From NCBI GenBank assembly GCA_051362555.1, contig CM120640.1, positions 56,150,788 through 56,214,787 on the forward strand: a DNA stretch of 64,000 nt, written 5' to 3'. The stretch is from Lingula anatina (lineage: Eukaryota > Animalia > Brachiopoda). A program made the translations under genes and the position numbers. Below are positions 34,501 to 49,742 of the stretch, piece after piece (the first letter of the stretch is position 1; the number at the start of each line of letters is the position of its first letter). The notes below the pieces were generated by a model, which had not been told where the DNA came from, made no database searches, and saw nothing but the letters and a program-made list of their open reading frames with translations.

Positions 34501-37500
34501 CCTGCTCTCAGAATTAATTGTTTAAAAAAGCATTAAAATTATTTCTTAGTGGTCTGCTATTGGATTTCTGTAGCCAGAAGTTTTTCCCAGCAAAGAAAGG
34601 TGAAGTCAGGTGTAATATTAATCAATTTATAGGGGTGCAACTAGATGTTTTTCTTGAGAAAAGTCATTAGTTGCTCAGCGATGTGTTTTTAAAAGATAAA
34701 GCAAAGCAGTATTTCATGGTAATTCTTTTCACAAAAAAGGTGGAATTGTTTTCATGAATTGTTGATATTTTTTATGGCCTTTTGATCGATAAAAGTAATC
34801 AAGACAAAATGGTGGAAAATTTACCCCATATTTCATTTGAGTGAATATAAAATTTCTTTTTTTGTCTATTCAAGTATTAAATCTGGTTATTGTAATGTTT
34901 TCTTCTCTTTTTTGCTTCTAATTTAAAGTGTTTTTTATTCTCCTTAAACCAGCCCCTGCTGCGAGGTGTAATGGTTTTGGTTATTATATATCAACAACAA
35001 AGAGCGGCACATAAGCTGGTTGTTAGTGTAAGTGAGAACCGAAAAAGGTTGCCCAATTCTAATTTTAAGTTCCATGAAAAAATCTTTATCCAAGCAATCA
35101 GTTTTAAGTTTTCAATAAATCAAGGACAAATAATCAGTATTTTGGATACTTTTAATTTGGTTGCATGGAGTGAATTATATTTAACCATGTTGGATAGAAG
35201 TAACTTCCTAGCATGAAGTAAGTGTTATAAAGAGAACCCAGGCCACTCTGATCTAAATCTAAGTAGTAAGTAAAATGCTACAAGATGATGAAATCTAGTA
35301 ACCCAGACTGATGTATCAAAATCATGCTGGGAAACAAAAACCACCGCTTAACACAGGCCAATGGAGTCTGTGGCAGCAGGCATGAATGTGTGAAATTGCC
35401 ACTAACATTGGTTGTCTGCTGGAGGGTAAACTCACAGATAGACCCACTGGGTAAAGTGTTTGTAATCGACTTAGGAGAGATTTGCATAACCTTTCTTTAA
35501 TTTTAAAGTGTTTGCAGCATTTGCCATATCATGCATAAGTCATCAAAATCATATGCACCCCATTTTATGTGCAGAATCTTTTAATTTTCTCAACCTAAGT
35601 CAGGAGTGTATTTTCTTGTGTTTTAACATTAGATCCCCATCATAAAGCAATCACAGAAACAAGTTTTTAGTTTGGCAAGATTTGCCCTGGTGGATACTGT
35701 CAGCTGGCCTAATCTATACTGTTATAATACTTTACCTCAAAATGTGTCACACCTTGGGGCACACTTGTTCTAGTGAAGTATCTTGGTTGTTTGAACAAAC
35801 AGCTTTGATTGAATAGTCATATTGGCATTGCTTGAAGAAACCTTTGATGTACACTTGCACCTTCTCAGTTTGTATAATTTCAAGTCATAGTATGTATCAA
35901 ATAAGAAAAAGAAGCTGCTGCTGAATATTATTTTGAAAGAAGGAAACTTTGAAAAAAATCATATTCTTATAATCAAAAATAAATATTTAGTGTATTTTGA
36001 TACCCAGGAACATTGCCCATAATATGTTTTTAGGCAATAATTTAAACAGAAGTTTTATTTTCCAAATAAGTGTAGTATAAGTGGCAAGAAGCCAATATGA
36101 TCTAGTTTAGATTCTGAACATGCTATACTGACAGATACACTAGCTTATGTTTACAGCCTGGAGGAAGGGAGGCCAAATGTTTGCCTATGGTTTTGCATTC
36201 TATGTATAAAAACTAGAAAATATGGTAATGCATTCTTGATAAAACCAGTGCATAAAACTGTCCAGCAACTAAACACTGAAGTCTACTTACATACAATTCA
36301 GCAGAAATAGTTGCCTAAGTAAAGCATTTAAACAGATTCCAGAATCTAAATAAGTAAACTAGTTTGTACTTTTTACGTTGAAATAGTTGGGAAAACAATG
36401 CATAAAAGTATTAACAGTGTAGAAATGGAAACCTCTTTTTGCAAAATATACTCTCGCAGTAACAACATATCAAAAAGTGGAGCCCTAGTTACTCTCTTGA
36501 AATTAAATATATTTATTATAATAACAAAATTTGTGCCCCTGGTGTAGTCCATGTGTATAGCTAAACTATTATCATTGATCCTGGTAATTTTCAATAACAA
36601 TGGATGTTATTATTGCCCTAAAGTTGGAGAAAATTGGTTGTCATAATTGCCAGGTTGATTGAGTTATCCCAGATGGGTGACCATCAGATAAACGGAAATT
36701 GCAGCTCATTATGCAAATTGCTGTATTTTTTCCTGTCCATATTTCTGGGAGGAAGTTCTGTGCTTCAGAATTTGATAGATAACTATTGATCCTGTCATGG
36801 GTGATGAGGCAGGGTTGATAACCCATTTGTGTTAATTCCTGTGGACTGGAGCCACACTGAGAGGAATTCACTGATTAACCAGATTGATCTGCTGTGCTGC
36901 TGTAATACTGGTGTTACAAGGCAGGAAATACTTCATCAACAAGAACTTTACTTCAGTCTTAAAGTTACATGTCAGTTTGAAGAAAATGTATTGATATGAT
37001 AATATTTAAATATTTTAGTGTATTTTCTTTACAAATGAAACTATCTGCATGCAAACAAAATCTCACCAAGATTAGCCATCATCCTTTTCCACTATAGGTA
37101 CAAAATGACAGTCTTTATCATATTAAAGTCTACTTTGGACATTATAGCAACATTCTGTAGTTAATGTCTCACTTAAAGGACAGAAAATATCAGATGTTTT
37201 TATCACTACTGTAAAGCTTATGCGGTTTGAAGTAATTGATATAAAATGTTATTCAATCAGAAAAAATGTTTTTTTAACCTTAAATTATGAAAGTTGCAGT
37301 AGAAGGACTGACAGATCTCAGAGTAGTATTATAGTTTGATATCACAAGCAATCCATCTGTAAAGAGTAGATGTATTTTCTTTTTTTCTGATGCAATTTTT
37401 TGGTCATGAAATGTGACCCCATATATCATACTGGAATACTTAACCTTTGCCCACCCTGTATTGTAGTATTTATCTTACTGTATATGTGGGCTGTCACGGC

Positions 37501-40500
37501 TGTGTAATGTAATTTACATATTAACTGCTGTGCATGGCAAAGAAAGACTAAGAGTATTTAAATTCTTATTATTCTTGGTGCATACATACAGACATACACA
37601 ACCATGAATTACTTGGACTGACTGTGACATTTAGAGGGATGCCTGCATATTTACTGTTTAGTTTGTTCTTTCTGGTTTCTATAGGTCCTCCATATGTTCC
37701 CAGCAAAGATGAATTTGCCAACAGTGCTGGACGTAAACCACTGGAGAAACCCAAAGTGTTGGCCCTGGACATTATGTCTTCACAGAGCAAGGTCTCTGTT
37801 ACTGTAGATGGAGCCACGGTGAGTTCAGAGGATGATGACATCTTCAGTGTCATTTAAGTTTTACAACAAAATAAACCAGCTAAATGGATCAAATGATACT
37901 TGGATTAGCTTTTATTGAAGTCACAGTTTCTTATTTAGCAATTATATGTAATATAATTTGAGATAAATAATGATATAAATACTTTCTCCAATTTAAAGAT
38001 CTTAGAAGATGCAGCACCAGGGGCTCATGGCCGAGGTATCCATGTTGTAGTTCTCAACCAAGCCACGGTAAAGATAAGACTTTGTTATCTAAAATTTTAG
38101 AATGCTAGAAACTTTATCACAACTTAGGGACCGTTAACATGGAAAGTCTATTTTCTAAAAGTCTATTTTCTATTTGCGGTATCTTGTGATCACGGAAGTA
38201 ACTGGCCCACGCTGCCAGTAATTACGCCGCGGGATGTTCAGGGCACAGACCGTGATCACAATATACCGCGAATAGAAAATAGATTTTTAGAAAATAGACT
38301 TTCCATGTGAACGGTCCCTTATAGAACCTTGGTTTAAAGGGCAGAAGATGTAGCGTTAAACATGTGTCATAATGCTTAAACAAATGCATTAAAAAGTAAG
38401 ATGCTGTTATTTAAATTTTTTATTGTTAAACTCACCACAGTGTTTTTCATGGTTATTCATGTTTATTTCCCTCCTCACCAGGGTGCAGTAATGGCTGACC
38501 GTGTGTTTGACACCTACTCCAAAAAGGAAGATGAGGCATTAATGTTGTTCTTGAACATGGTTACTCCAGGAAGAATACTCATATTTACTATAAAAGTATG
38601 TGTCACATGGTGTGAAGTTATCATATAATATGTATGAAAGAAAGTTAGCAATTGCATAGACTAAGGATAAATACTTAAAGTTGTAAAAATTTGGCTGCAT
38701 GCTATTACATATGAAGTACATAGCAGGCTTATTCACTATAACTTTTTAATAGAATTATTTTACCATTTTGATCATGAAAATGATATGACTTTCTTAAAAA
38801 AAAGGACAAAATTTATAAATTGATGGTATGAAACAAGATAAGCAAAATTTCTTCATTATGAAAGATAATGACCTGTATTTTATTGAACAAAAGTTATAAA
38901 TATGATAAGAATTGACATTTTTGTTTCAGGATGAAGGTTCTTTTAGTCTCACACACCGTGCTCGAGACTACCTGGTAGCTGCAGGCAGCACTAGGGTTAA
39001 GGGTCTTGAATACAGGGACACATGGGCAATGGTCACATACAAAGGGGGTGAGTAGACTTAAAAAAAGCAGCTTTTAGAATCAATACAAAAATGCCTATTG
39101 TACAAATACAGAGCAGGCCCAGGGGGTTTGAAAGAACTGCCCTTTTTGTCAGGTTCTGGTTAAAATTTGATCTCTGTAGATTAAGGTTTCATCTTAAAAG
39201 GCCCTTCTTTCGGAAAAAGAACCCCCTTTTGAAATTGCTGGCTACGGGGCAGCAAAGGATTGTAGGCAGTGATCAACATTGAAAATTGCAATGGGAATTT
39301 ATGTAAAAATTTGTCTGTTCTGCAGGAGGGACAATGTTTGATTTAATTACATATATATACTCCTATAGGGAAATCCATTACAAGAAGTAGACCCCACGTA
39401 GTCATTTGCAGCTTGAAATTTTATGTCATAGATGTGTTTCACAGAAATTCTTTTGGTGTGTTTACTTAATGTTACTTCGACTGAAGCAAAACAACCTAGT
39501 CGAAATCAATTTTTGTTCAAAGATCAGTAACCTTTGGTAACTTATTGTGTGACTGTGAGATTGATGTGCCAGGTTTTTCTATCAAATTTTACCCTAAATT
39601 TCATTTCAACTTCCTAAAACAATCTGACAATAGTGTGAATTTGTATCATTACATATCAACAACTTCAACAGTTAATAAACCTCTTTTTCAACTGATTATG
39701 CAAGAGGAACACCAACAAATAATCAGTAGTAATTAAAACTGTGGATAGGTGGTATAGATTTTTCCTTACTGATCTCTAGTTACTGTGGTAAATATTGGCT
39801 GCTTCTAAAAGACAATTTAAATTTAGCAGGCTTGTGATATGGGGTCTCCTGCATATCAGCTGAATTGGTGTTAGTAATAAAAAATGAAAAGCAAGAAGGA
39901 AGATTTGTTGAGCAAATTGAGATGCATGCAGAAAATCCAAGATCCCTTTAGGCAGACACCCACTATTGGATTTGAAATGTTGCTATTTATAACTGTCCTC
40001 CACAGTTCTCAATTAATCCATATTGCACTGATCAAATCAGTCGTATTTACTTCATTGGAGATTTTCATTGAGTTATTATTTTTTTCATTATTTTCAGAAT
40101 TAAGTTTTTTGTTCACTTAATATTCCCATAAATCAGTAATCGTGATATTGTATTTTCTTCTGGCGCTAAGTACCTATCTCTGATGCCAAGAGGTGGAGTG
40201 AAATTAACTTTCTAAATACTCACTCTATCGGTTCTAGTATTGACATTTTTGAAGATAATTGTGCATAAGAGTTTTAGCGGACCAAACAGCAGTAAGTCTA
40301 AATGCCAGCAGAGGAGAACACATCAATTAGGAGCCACTCTATTTGATTTTTATTGGTTTTCCTGTGCTATGTTTTCTATTAGAGGGAATGAAGTTGGCTT
40401 CTTCTCAGGAAAAAAAATGTGTAATCACTTCGAGGGTGTGGGAAGTTTGTCTTATCTGATTTGAACTTGTACAAAAAAAACAGAGATTTACAAGGTGAGA

Positions 40501-43500
40501 AGTGTATTTAAATAGCTTTACCTCTCTGAAAATAAAATTCAAGACATCCATATCAATAGAAAATGTATGTGAAAAAAAGTTTCTCTTAAGAAGTCCTGTT
40601 TTGCAAAGAGACAAAAACGTAAATCTTTTGATAGTTTTCCTATTGAGATGTAACAATGTACAAGTATTAATCCCAAAAATTGTAAACATGACTTAAATTG
40701 TTTTGAAAGTGTTCCTCAGCTGAATGTACTGGTGTCAAGAAGACTATGTTGCTGCATTCTTTCAGTAACAGTATATGATACTTTGATAGAATAGATGTAA
40801 TGAAGTGCCAGTAATTGAAAGATTATTGGAAGTGAATGCATATTGATGTAACTGTTAGGTAGACCTTGACACTATTAAATCTGTTTAAATTGAATCAGCA
40901 GATCACATCAGTCATTGATTTCTGTGGAAGAAACTCCATTAAGATGATTGCTTTCCAATAAGAGACAGAATCCTCGTGTTCTTCTTCAGTGAACTGTGTC
41001 CATCATACATCAGTTCTAATACTGGCAATTGTTGAATTGGAAATCTGAATCGGGAGTTCAAGCAATAGAAGATATCATGATGGTTTGATGAAGTCATATT
41101 CAATATCATGCAGTTTGTCAATTATAGGTTAATAGATTATTGAAGAAAATTGTTTATTGTGTAACGGATCCAACTGGGAATGTTTTCTGTCTCAGTTGAT
41201 TTGGAGGATAATTAATTTGGTTATGAAAGGGATTTTATTTCTAGGTTTTGTTTTTCTTAGAAATTTTTGATCACGTTTTATTGCCAACTGTTGGTTTCAC
41301 ATGCCTGCTTTAACCCTCCATCACACCTGTCTGATTACCTGTTTGTAGCCTGTTATGTTATTGTTCCAGATGGTAAAGCTTTAGCAGAAGACCACAACCA
41401 TTCTGATAATTTCCAGGAGTGGGCAGAAGCCGTGCTGCTCAAAGTGGATGTACCACTCAAGGAAAAAGAAGGTGGCTGCAACAATTGCATAACATTCTTT
41501 TGAATAGAGGTGTTGGATAAAGTTATATTGTTCATGTTGCTGAAGTCAAGAGAAGGTTGCAAATGAATGACATAACAAAGAATTTACTTAGATTGCACTC
41601 TTTTCAAATCCCAGCTTTAATGAGAAGGTGACCTTGAAAGAAAGTGTTTTTATCTATATGTCATTAGTATATTTGTCTAAAAAGGTTAGGTAATTTTCAC
41701 TTAGTGATTTAAAATATGTTACTGAGATAATAAATTAAGACTTCTCATATACACATTATCTTGATTTGGAGGCATTTAGGTCTTAAGGCAAGCATCTTTG
41801 GAAACTGATGTATGCATATTACTAACACCAGCATGATGCTAATAGACACATTTGAATTTATTACAGAACGTGGTTGTGACTGGCCTGATGATGAAGTGAA
41901 CAAAAGACGCAGATCATTTTGTGACAAGGTGGAAGGCTATGGGAGTGTCTGCAGCTGCACTGATCCGGCTCCTATCACTTTTCAACCAGACGCTGTAAGT
42001 TGGTGTTGCTGTTGTTATAACAGTGCATAATGCACTCATTTTTAAGACTTTCCCTGATGTATAACATGCTGCTATTTCCTGTAGACATATATTGCCAGAG
42101 GAGTAGAAATTATGAAGAAACATTGCAACTGATATGTCTTGTAAATTGATTTTTTTCTGAAACACATATTCTTGACTTGTTAATGTGGTATATCATATTA
42201 TTAGCTGAAATATCTGTAAAAGTCATAAAATAAAGAAAAAGTGATGTCATTAAAAATTGGTAGTTATTCTGTATTTTGGAAACATTTATATAATATTTTT
42301 TCAGATCTCCAACAACAAAGTATCTGATATCCCAGTAGCAGTGATAGCCAGTAACAGGCCACATTATCTCTATAGGTACTGTAATTTTCAGGAATATCGT
42401 AGTATCAGGGTTGGATTGATCAAGGAATTCCTTGATTTCCAGGAATTATCTTTTGACCCAGTCATTTCTCCAAAGTAAATCTCTGCTAGTAACTTTAAAT
42501 TCTGTCAAATTATCAAAATTGTACTGTAAATCCAAACATTTGGTTTGAAAACTTCAAACAATTACCTTGTAATTGCACAACATAGATCTGGAACCTGAGG
42601 TTATCAGAACAACTGCAGTCAATGACAATATTAAGTGGACAATGTCAGGAGGCAAAAACTGTGTACAGAATTAACTGTTGATTCGCTGTTGTTTGGTTAA
42701 AATTTTATAGAATTTGTCAGGTAATATGAAGCCTGAAAGATGTCACATGTTTTTTTTCTTTTTTTTTTTTCAATCTTTAGGGATTCTTTTGGACTTGGGT
42801 ATTAATGATGATGGATTCATTTACATTTCAGAATGCTGAGGTCTCTATTATCAGCTGATGGTGCCAACCCCAACTTGATTACAGTGTTTATAGATGGTTA
42901 TTTTGAGGTGAGTAGTTTCTTGTTAATATCGGATTTGCATTTTTACTTCAGGAAAAATCAATGATCAAAGTTTATTGCATGTGAATTGCTTGTTGTTTTC
43001 TTTCTGAATTGCAATTGATTTCTCACAAGAGGGATATCAATAAAAAAATCTACTGATAGTAATTGCATGTAGCTGTTCTATCATTTATGGCATTGCTTTT
43101 ATTATTAAATTTTTTTCATTTATCTATTTTTGTCTAAAGGGCTAGGCAATTAAGATATCAGGTATGTAGATGCAGTGGTAAAGACCTTGTAAATGAAGTC
43201 TTTCTGAAAATGCATTGGTCTTATAAATGTAATTTCTTTTACTTTGAAGATTTGATATAATTGCAGGAACCATTGGAAGTGACCAAGCTTTATGGCTTGC
43301 GTGGAGTCCAGCACACACCACTGGGGATCAAGAATGCCAGAGTTTGTCAGCATTATAAAAGCAGCCTGACTGCCACTTTCAATTTACATCCAGTAAGCCT
43401 CTTACTACTTAATACTGAAATTAGCTAAAATGTGTTGTGTCTTTTGTCCCATATATTTTTTTCTATACTGTTCAGTTGCAAAATGATAGAAAGTGTTTGC

Positions 43501-46447
43501 AAGAACAATGATACATTTCTTGTAAATATATTTATTATTCATTTCAAGAGTAAGAGATATTGTTTATGATATGTGGTAATTTTGTAATAAGTGTAAACTT
43601 TGTTTATTTTTAATTTTTGAGGATATGTGATTTTGTAATTGAAATTGATGTATTTTACAAAAGGAAAACCAATTCCAACTTGTTCCAGTGAACAGGTGGT
43701 TTTATTTTCCATTTCAGAATGCTAAGTACATGATCATTATAGAAGAAGACATGGACATATCTCCAGATTTCTTTGAGTAGGTCCTTGATGAAAGAAATCA
43801 ATGTTTTCATAGTATCTACTCTAGATATGTAAAGATTTACAAAATAAAGATTTTTTGGAAAGTTATGTGCATTATGTATGTGAAATTAAATGGTGAATGT
43901 AAAATATACATTCTCTTTTCCAGTTATTTTAGTCAAACACTGCCATTATTAGAAGAAGATGAGAGTTTGTACTGTGTATCAGCATGGAATGATCAGGTAT
44001 GGAGGTTGAATTTTTTGAAAATGATCTTTCTAGATTTTTAAGAAAACCAAGACCAAGTTAGTGAAGTTTAATTTTTTCAACAGGTTAGCTACCTTATAGG
44101 AGACATAATTGAGACTATAAAAGTCAATTAACGGATTTTCCTGGGGTCCGCCACCATTCTTTTGTACTAATCTACCAGTATGTCAAGTACCAACCAAATA
44201 TTCCCAAAAGTTATACATTTTTTTATCATCATTTGGCTATAGCAGAGTGATTTGTATTCCTTGCATTGCTTGGATTCCTTGACTGAAAGTAAAGCTGTAA
44301 TTTTCAAAATTTTATTGCTTCAAAGAGAGATATTGTGTTTTGGATATTTGCTCCCTTGATGCATCCCTGAGATGATGAAACTCCCATTTTAGCACATGTT
44401 AAAAAGAAAGTAAAATCCATTCAACATGTGTTACATAAATAATATGCTTTTTATGACAGAACATCAGTAACTCTAGAAAAAGAAATTTTACATGTGTTGA
44501 ATTATTATTGTGGCGCTGCATGAAAAAAATGCACCTATTCAAGATCAATTAATAACAGGACACAAGTAGTTTATATGGAAGTGATTAGGTAACAGTGAAT
44601 TTACATTTCTGCTTTCTTACTGCCAGGGTTATGATGACTCCTCCAAGGACCCCAGCCTCTTATACAGAATAGAGACAATGCCTGGGCTAGGTTGGTTGCT
44701 GAAGAAAAAATTATACAAGGAAGAGCTGGAATCAAAGTGGCCAACCCCAGAAAAAGTAAGAAAGAAACACATTGGAATAATATAAGCATAAATAAATCTC
44801 TAGCTGCTTTGGTGCCTGGGAAATTGTTTTTATATAGATATCCAAGTTTTTGATTGTAAATAAATGTCAGGACAAGGAAGCATAAATGGTGAATCGGTGT
44901 GATTACTTTATGTATTACGTACATTAAAAAAACGGTATGTAGAGTCACAGATGAAATTCTGGAATGAGATTAAAACTTGAAAAACTCGTCATTTCATGAC
45001 CATGCACAAGATGAATTTATGCCTCTTATAATATTGATTTATATTTATATTATTTATTTATGAAATATTCATTTTATTCTGAAGCTGTGGGATTGGGACA
45101 TGTGGATGAGAATGCCTGGACAGAGGAAGGACAGAGAATGCATTATCCCAGATGTATCAAGAACATTTCATTTTGGATCTGTTGGACTAAATATGAACCC
45201 ATACTTTCAAGAAAGCTATTTTAGCAGACATAAAATGAATACACAGGCTAAAGTCAAGTTAAAAGCCATAGACAAGTAAGTTGATTCAGTCTCGTGTATA
45301 AGACCATGTTTAAATTTTATGCTTGTTATTCGAAGTTTGGATAACATTGAAAGTAAAATTATCCCTATTGTAAAGTTCATTGGTAATTTACATAGTTAAA
45401 CACCACAAAAAATCAGTCATCATCTTTTCTTTTGTGTGTCATATGAGCATATTTATCACTTTATGAATTATTTGATATTTGCTTCCAGAATGAAGAAAGA
45501 TGAGTATGAAAAGTTACTACATGACATAATACAGAGGGCCACAGTGCTGGATCACAGTGTAGACCCCTGCAATGAGTCATTTATTCCCGATATCAAAGCA
45601 GATGTCACTCATGTCTTATATATCAAGATGGATCATGCTTCTGATTTTTCTACTTGGAAAGGAATAGCCAAGGTTAGATAGTCTTATTAATGTTTTTGTG
45701 GTCATTTGGTGGTCATTTTACCTTCAAAAAGTGTATAGTTAAAAGTTATATGCTGTTATTCAGTCATGAGTTTTGTAATGTGAGTTACAGAAAAAGGCTT
45801 GATAATATCAGGTGTTGGCATATTTTATATTTTATCTTTTCAGTGCTTGAAACTATGGGATCTTGATATTCGAGGATTCCACAAGGTATGCACAGTTTCT
45901 GCTGAATCACAGCTGTAAATGTAATTATCTAATTCAGTTCGAGTATAAATGTCTTTATAAATGTCTTTACTTATTTATAGGATAAACTATTCTCTGTATT
46001 AAAGGGAAGTATTACATCATTCCATGTTGTAATTTTAGAGTACATGGAGACTGTTCCAGAAAGGAAATCCATTCATTGTGGTGGGCACCCCAGCAGCACC
46101 ATACTCGTGAGTAGCCAGCTCTGTAGACATCATTTTGTTTTGTGTTTTGTCATCATTATAATAATGTTGAGGAACCTAACACTGCTGGACCAGTACTTTT
46201 ACCATTAATGATTTAATTAATTAATGATAACCTCAGAGGTGACTTATTCATGTTGCAGATGTTATGTGAAATTACTCCGAGCGAAAGTTCAGGTTATGTA
46301 GTTGGCAGTTAAAGCAGACTGAAGTTATTTACTGTCTGAAGCAACTTATTGCAACTTTATTACTTTTTTTTTCTTAGAAAATACAAACCAGCTGAAGTTG
46401 TACCTCTCTATATCCCTCCACCAACAACTGCACCAAAGAAAGTATAG
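31562..46447 (+). CDS. POMGNT1: Protein O-linked mannose beta-1,2-N-acetylglucosaminyltransferase 1 (GT13), 19 coding exons, 660 aa
   Basis: Phase-consistent GT-AG exons: 31562-31693, 34147-34243 (TM), 37685-37818, 37999-38067 ([13 protein letters not shown]), 38482-38595, 38930-39047, 41370-41471, 41867-41994 ([18 protein letters not shown]), 42305-42375 ([15 protein letters not shown]), 42832-42907, 43267-43392, 43718-43776 (EEDMD), 43924-43996 (CVSAWNDQ), 44627-44755 (ETMPGLGW), 45085-45275 (WDWDMWMR), 45489-45672, 45844-45885, 46039-46106, 46378-46447. Total 1983 nt; colinear with recalled human POMGNT1. Confidence 0.97.
38127..38318. mobile_element. PIF/Harbinger (Tourist-like) MITE in a POMGNT1 intron
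   Basis: TTA on both flanks; ~65-bp TIRs GGGACCGTT.ACATGGAAAGTCTATTTTCTAAAA.TCTATTTTCTATT.GCGGTAT.TTGTGATCACGG. Confidence 0.88.
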
Positions 46448-49400
46448 CACATTGATTTACAATACAACACAAGGGGAAAGGAAAACAAATTGAAAGAAAT
46501 GAATGCAGCTTGTCATGATTGTGATAGTTGTGCTTACTGTAGCATTCTAAACTGTGGATGAGACTCCATAGAAGATGTAGATCAGTTTCAGAAGACTTTG
46601 TCAACATCAGAGAAATAGTGAATCAGTTAGGCAGAATTTGGAGAGAGCAAAGTGAATTGTGAAGTAATATTTTTGTGCCATGATGTAAGACAGTACTTTT
46701 TATGTTTTGTAAGATAGGTTTTCATTCCATTTACATGGACCTGAAAAGTATTTTTACAGCTTAATTTTTTTTTTCAAAAAATATGTTCGTCATTTATCAA
46801 AAACCATCAAATTATGAATATACAATATAAAGCCATGTTGTTTTTTTAATGTGTCAGCGTGTTAAGGATTAGGGCTGCAAAAGAATTTTGTTACTGACAT
46901 GGTTAGGTAGAAAGGCAAACTTTCAGTAAGTTTAATAGCTTGTTTTGTGCATTTGTATGATTTCCTATTTTTGTCCTTTGTCCTTGCTATTTCTCTAATT
47001 TGTGATATAAGCTAAAGATCTGTTACATGTCATATCTTTGTGCATACAAGACAAGACTGCTAAAGACAAGAATTCTCATACAATGAGCAATAAATATTTT
47101 AATGCCAAGAGTGCATTAGAGTGTGATATACGTATATATAAATATGAATGTTTAAAGCACTTGTGGACATTCAAAAACTGATTTGTGGACATCTTAAAAC
47201 AATTGTGTTGGACATTTCATGAATGTATTGAGGTGTATTCACAGTATGTTAAGTTAGGTGCTCTTAGTAAGTGGCTCAGTAGTTTAGAATGTACCAGATA
47301 ATTGTGAGAAGATGGAGATTGATCTTTCTTCCCAGCATAAGTCAGTAACATACAGCATTTTATACTGTAAACCTAGAACAGATATTTTGTATTTGACATT
47401 CCATATTTAGTCTTATTTTATTGGATTTTAGCATTATGCAATTTACAACATACTTCAGGAAGTAATGGTTTTGTTATTATTAGTTGTTATATTGGTGTTG
47501 ATAGTAGAACATGGCAATCAGTTTTTTTTATTTGTGTGTGTGTGTGCACAGCTTGGAAACTGATTTCAGACTTACACCAGTGCATAGTTTAAATGGATAT
47601 CACAGCTTGATAAGAGAACCTCTGAATGTAGACATTTTGATCATGTAGTTAGCTTCTTTGTGCACCTCTGAAATGAAGCATTAAATCTAGACTGTTAGAC
47701 AATCTGAATTATTGTCATAATTTTTAATTATAAATGTGATGATTAAGTATTGGGAAAATAATAATGAAGTCAAAAACTGTAAAATACTGAGGAGTTTTTA
47801 TGAATCAAAATTATATAAAAATCTAATTTAAAGGAATAAAATTGGGAGTAACCTATGCAAACCTTAGAAACTGTTTTAAAACATCTATGTACCTAGCTAG
47901 ACATAAATTTCTTTTCAAAGATTGTTACATGACCACTATTGTTATTCGTTTTTATGACAGTTGCAAGATTACAAGAAAAAAATGCATTCATGTCTAGCAT
48001 GAGAAAATACCTAACTTTCATTCATGGCAGATCCAGTTTATTGTAAAAGGAAATACAAAAATAAACTACATTTGCTATGTTCATTTATGAAGACTTGCGT
48101 TTTAACGATTTCTGTTAACATTGAAATAATTATCCGACCACAGGGCTTTTGGCTTTTATTGAAACTGACAGTAGATGTTATTACTTTTTGACAGATCCGA
48201 TTTCTAAATTGCTAGGACTGCAGTGCTACGGAAAGCCTTCATATCTTCTTTCTGTACGATTGAGAGTAGATTTCAAAACAAAGATGAATAGTTTGTTAAA
48301 CTGTATTGTCTTTCATTTACAATACTATTTACAATTCAGTTTTGGGTCATCACGGTGGTGAAATACTTAAAAAGGTTGCACAGCCCATCCAGCTGTTCCA
48401 TAAAAAAAAAAAAATTTAGGCAGTACATTCATCTGCAGCAGTCAGTACAATACAAATATGACAACATTTATGTCTTTTACAATAAATGGGCAATGGATAC
48501 TGCAAGATTAAATTAAACTGATTAAATGTGAGAACTGCCCTGATACAAACTAAGTGAAAAATGATATAGATATACCTTTAGCATTAAGAAAGCATTATCA
48601 ATAGCAAAAGATTGCAATCTTTGTATTAAAAATACCATAAAACCATTTTGCTCTTCTACGTTTAATATATCAATTTATTACGACTACCAGGAAAAAAGCC
48701 TTCAACTACAACTTAATCATTGGCACTGAATGTATCACAATCACCCTGTTCGCTCAACCTGTTCAATGACAATTCCTTAACCATTGTTACAAAAATGCTG
48801 CAAATGGAAAAGAGAGAGAGAGAGAGAAAAAAAACTTGACTAGTTTCATTAGCATTTACATTAAAAATAACACTCAACTCAGAAAATAAAACTTCCATTC
48901 TGGATACATGTTTCAGCAAATATCATGAAAACTGGAACTTTTACTCAATTTTTTTATAGAAACCTACTTACTGACCACCCAATTTAAAAGAAACAGGACC
49001 AGAAGGCATTAAAATATGCAAGTGATTGTCTAAGTTTCTTAATTCACAAAAAGCAACTTTTTAATATCTGTCTAACATCACATTCTGACTATCATAAGTT
49101 GCAACAGTTCCTAATCCCATGCTTCTTTTATAGTCAATAAATGGTTTTTCTTTTCCCATTTGCCACACTTTATACATGAAACACAATGTGCACAATGAAA
49201 ATTTGTGAATTGCTTACTGTAATTTTGGTGCTTAATATGACATACAAAATGAATCAGATGATGAACAATGGCAATCTTTTAAAAAGATGGTATAAACACA
49301 TATAAATGAAAAAATTCAAGATTTTCAAGGATCTGATACTACTGGAGGAAACAAAAAATATTCAAACAGCAAGAAATTTGGAACAGAAAATAGATAAACC

Positions 49401-49615
49401 TCATTACTAAATTCTCACACAAAGACATCTTTCTCTGTAGCATTAAAGTTGAAGTAAAAAAGACTCTAAAAGCAACATAGGAATATTTTATAAAACCACA
49501 ATACTTTTTAAACAGTATGAAAGATTTATCAGATAAATCAAAACTATTTTAAAGAATTTGCAATATTTGAGCGATTCTTCCTAAACATATAACAGTGCTT
49601 ATAGCTTATATTTAA

Positions 49616-49742
49616 TTCTTTTATTTTATACATTGATAAAATTTGGTTATGTCAAATGATATCACACAAACAAATATTTATATCTTTTCTTTTATACATT
49701 GATAAAATTTTGTTATGTCAAATGATATCACACAAACAAATA
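49616..49742. repeat. Tandem duplication of ~60 bp downstream of the DEPDC1 stop codon
   Basis: TTTATACATTGATAAAATTT.GTTATGTCAAATGATATCACACAAACAAATA present twice. Confidence 0.85.

Noticed and set aside
46445-46561. Cys-rich open frame after the POMGNT1 TAG (possible readthrough)
   Set aside because: The protein already ends at the length and position of the human ortholog; TAG-C alone is weak context and no conservation evidence is available.
47270-47340. tRNA-like A box (GTGGCTCAGTAGTTTAG)
   Set aside because: No intact B box or cloverleaf; at most a decayed SINE head.
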